Origin: a virus
Taxonomy: Duplodnaviria > Caudoviricetes
Length of the DNA: 57,851 nt
Virus record (IMG/VR): IMGVR_UViG_3300027840_000002
Span: 1-57,851 of that record
Strand: one strand, 5' to 3'
Part shown: piece by piece, positions 56,701 to 57,851 of the stretch
Numbering within the stretch: the stretch's first letter is position 1
How the letters are laid out: every line of letters begins with the position of its first letter
Notes under the pieces: model-generated
What the model saw: the letters and a program-made list of their open reading frames with translations, nothing else
What the model was told of the DNA's origin: nothing
Database searches by the model: none
Program-made: the position numbers and the translations under genes

Positions 56701-57206
56701 TGCAGAACGAACTACGTGAACTGCTTACTGTAGCTACAACCGGCAAAGGTGTAGTTGACGGTATTGAAATGAGTCACAGCAGCTGGCCGGAAAAACTTTA
56801 TATTACGTCAGCCTATCCCGGCTTTAGTGCCGTGCATGAAGACGCATTGACTTACGACTATCAGTATATACCGTTATCTGTAACCAAAGCGTCAAAGCAA
56901 AATGACCTTTCGCAGGATTTCAGTTTCACAGTACAGGATCTCAATGAGGTTGTTGGCGTATATCTTGATTTAATACCTCTTGACAGTGAGGAGAAACCGT
57001 CTGTAATTTTAAGAACTTTCGTATGGCGCGAAGATAACAGTGTTTCAGATATTCAGGATGGTCCATATAATCTTGAAGCTAAAGACATAAGTACTGTGCC
57101 GGAAGGCTGTACGTTTACAGCATCACCGCCATTGACTAACTATAGCGGCACGGGTGAATTATTTACGTTTGAACGTTTCCCCTCGCTTCTGGCTTACGCA
57201 ACATGA
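56700..57206 (+). CDS. Minor tail protein (DUF1833-like)
   Basis: IEMSHSSW, Y.YIP, TGE.FT.ERFP.L. Confidence 0.75.
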   Translation: MQNELRELLTVATTGKGVVDGIEMSHSSWPEKLYITSAYPGFSAVHEDALTYDYQYIPLSVTKASKQNDLSQDFSFTVQDLNEVVGVYLDLIPLDSEEKPSVILRTFVWREDNSVSDIQDGPYNLEAKDISTVPEGCTFTASPPLTNYSGTGELFTFERFPSLLAYAT

Positions 57207-57562
57207 TCGGCGACCGTTATGAAATTGATACCTGGAACTGCACACATGAGGTGGCGCAGTGGTATTGTCTTAACGGTTACCCGGACATATTGAAGGGGGT
57301 TAATACTGACAACTGGGATCTGAACTTTGTCAGATTTATGCGTAAAAAATTCGCACCTTTAGAAAGGTCTGAACAAGGCGCACTGGTTTTAATGACAAAT
57401 AAATATACCGGTGGCCTTCATGTAGGTGTGTGGGATCGTGGTATGATACATCATTGTTATTCACCGCCTGATGGGTCACCCGGTCAAACAATCAGATCGC
57501 CCGTCGGTATCGTGAAAAACTCACATAAAAATATCACGTTCTGGAGACTGAAAAATGTCTAA
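57203..57562 (+). CDS. NlpC/P60-like tail tip assembly protein
   Basis: Y....WNC, LHVGVW....HHC. Confidence 0.8.
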   Translation: MIGDRYEIDTWNCTHEVAQWYCLNGYPDILKGVNTDNWDLNFVRFMRKKFAPLERSEQGALVLMTNKYTGGLHVGVWDRGMIHHCYSPPDGSPGQTIRSPVGIVKNSHKNITFWRLKNV

Positions 57563-57851
57563 AATTATTTATCATAGTATTGACGGTGAAGAGATTGCTG
57601 AAGATGCTGATTTGGGGCAATGGTTGCTACAGCGCTGGCCGGCAGGTACAGTTCGCCCACGGGGTTTACTAATTTATAAAAATGATGAAAACATCACCCG
57701 AACATGGGTTGAAAACCCCGAACTACTTTCAGATTCGAAAGCTGTGTACCACATTTACACTTTGCCGAAGGGCGGGGTGGTAGGAGCCATTACAGGTATT
57801 ATCAGCACAATACTCAACCCTATCCTGAAATTATTCCTGCCTAATACCTCA
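57555..57851 (+). CDS. Tail tip protein, N-terminal 99 codons (continues at position 1)
   Basis: ATG at 57555 after GGAG; open to the last base, 297 nt. Confidence 0.85.
   Translation, partial: MSKIIYHSIDGEEIAEDADLGQWLLQRWPAGTVRPRGLLIYKNDENITRTWVENPELLSDSKAVYHIYTLPKGGVVGAITGIISTILNPILKLFLPNTS

Noticed and set aside
1-57851. Temperate lifestyle, diversity-generating retroelement or tail-fibre invertase system
   Set aside because: No integrase, CI-like repressor, reverse transcriptase, invertase or template/variable repeat pair was seen.

Overview
This window is an apparently complete, circularly permuted genome of a virulent long-tailed (siphovirus-type) dsDNA phage of an enterobacterial host. 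An AmsF/WceF-like gene hints at Erwinia/Pantoea. The last 297 nt read in frame into position 1 to rebuild one ~840-aa tail-tip gene. No integrase or CI-type repressor was recognised. Modules: lysis (SAR endolysin, holin candidates, i/o-spanins); replication and recombination (family-B DNA polymerase, SSB, exonucleases, SF2 helicase, VRR-NUC, primase-helicase); two DNA methyltransferases; nucleotide-pool enzymes; terminase, portal, head and tail genes; three candidate glycan or receptor-binding proteins. The structural genes are broken up by many small islands of early-type genes with their own sigma70 promoters and terminators. The most interesting signals are non-coding. (1) About eight structural-gene restarts share a -10 box inside or next to a hairpin that buries the Shine-Dalgarno. 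(2) An exact 10-mer TAAAATAATT occurs at 12 promoter or leader sites. (3) A ~430-nt structured RNA locus has a kissing-loop scaffold and two damaged tRNAs. (4) An oriC-like region has three perfect DnaA boxes. There is also a nested +1-frame ORF inside the cytosine methyltransferase. All calls come from motif reading by eye; no database search or folding program was run.
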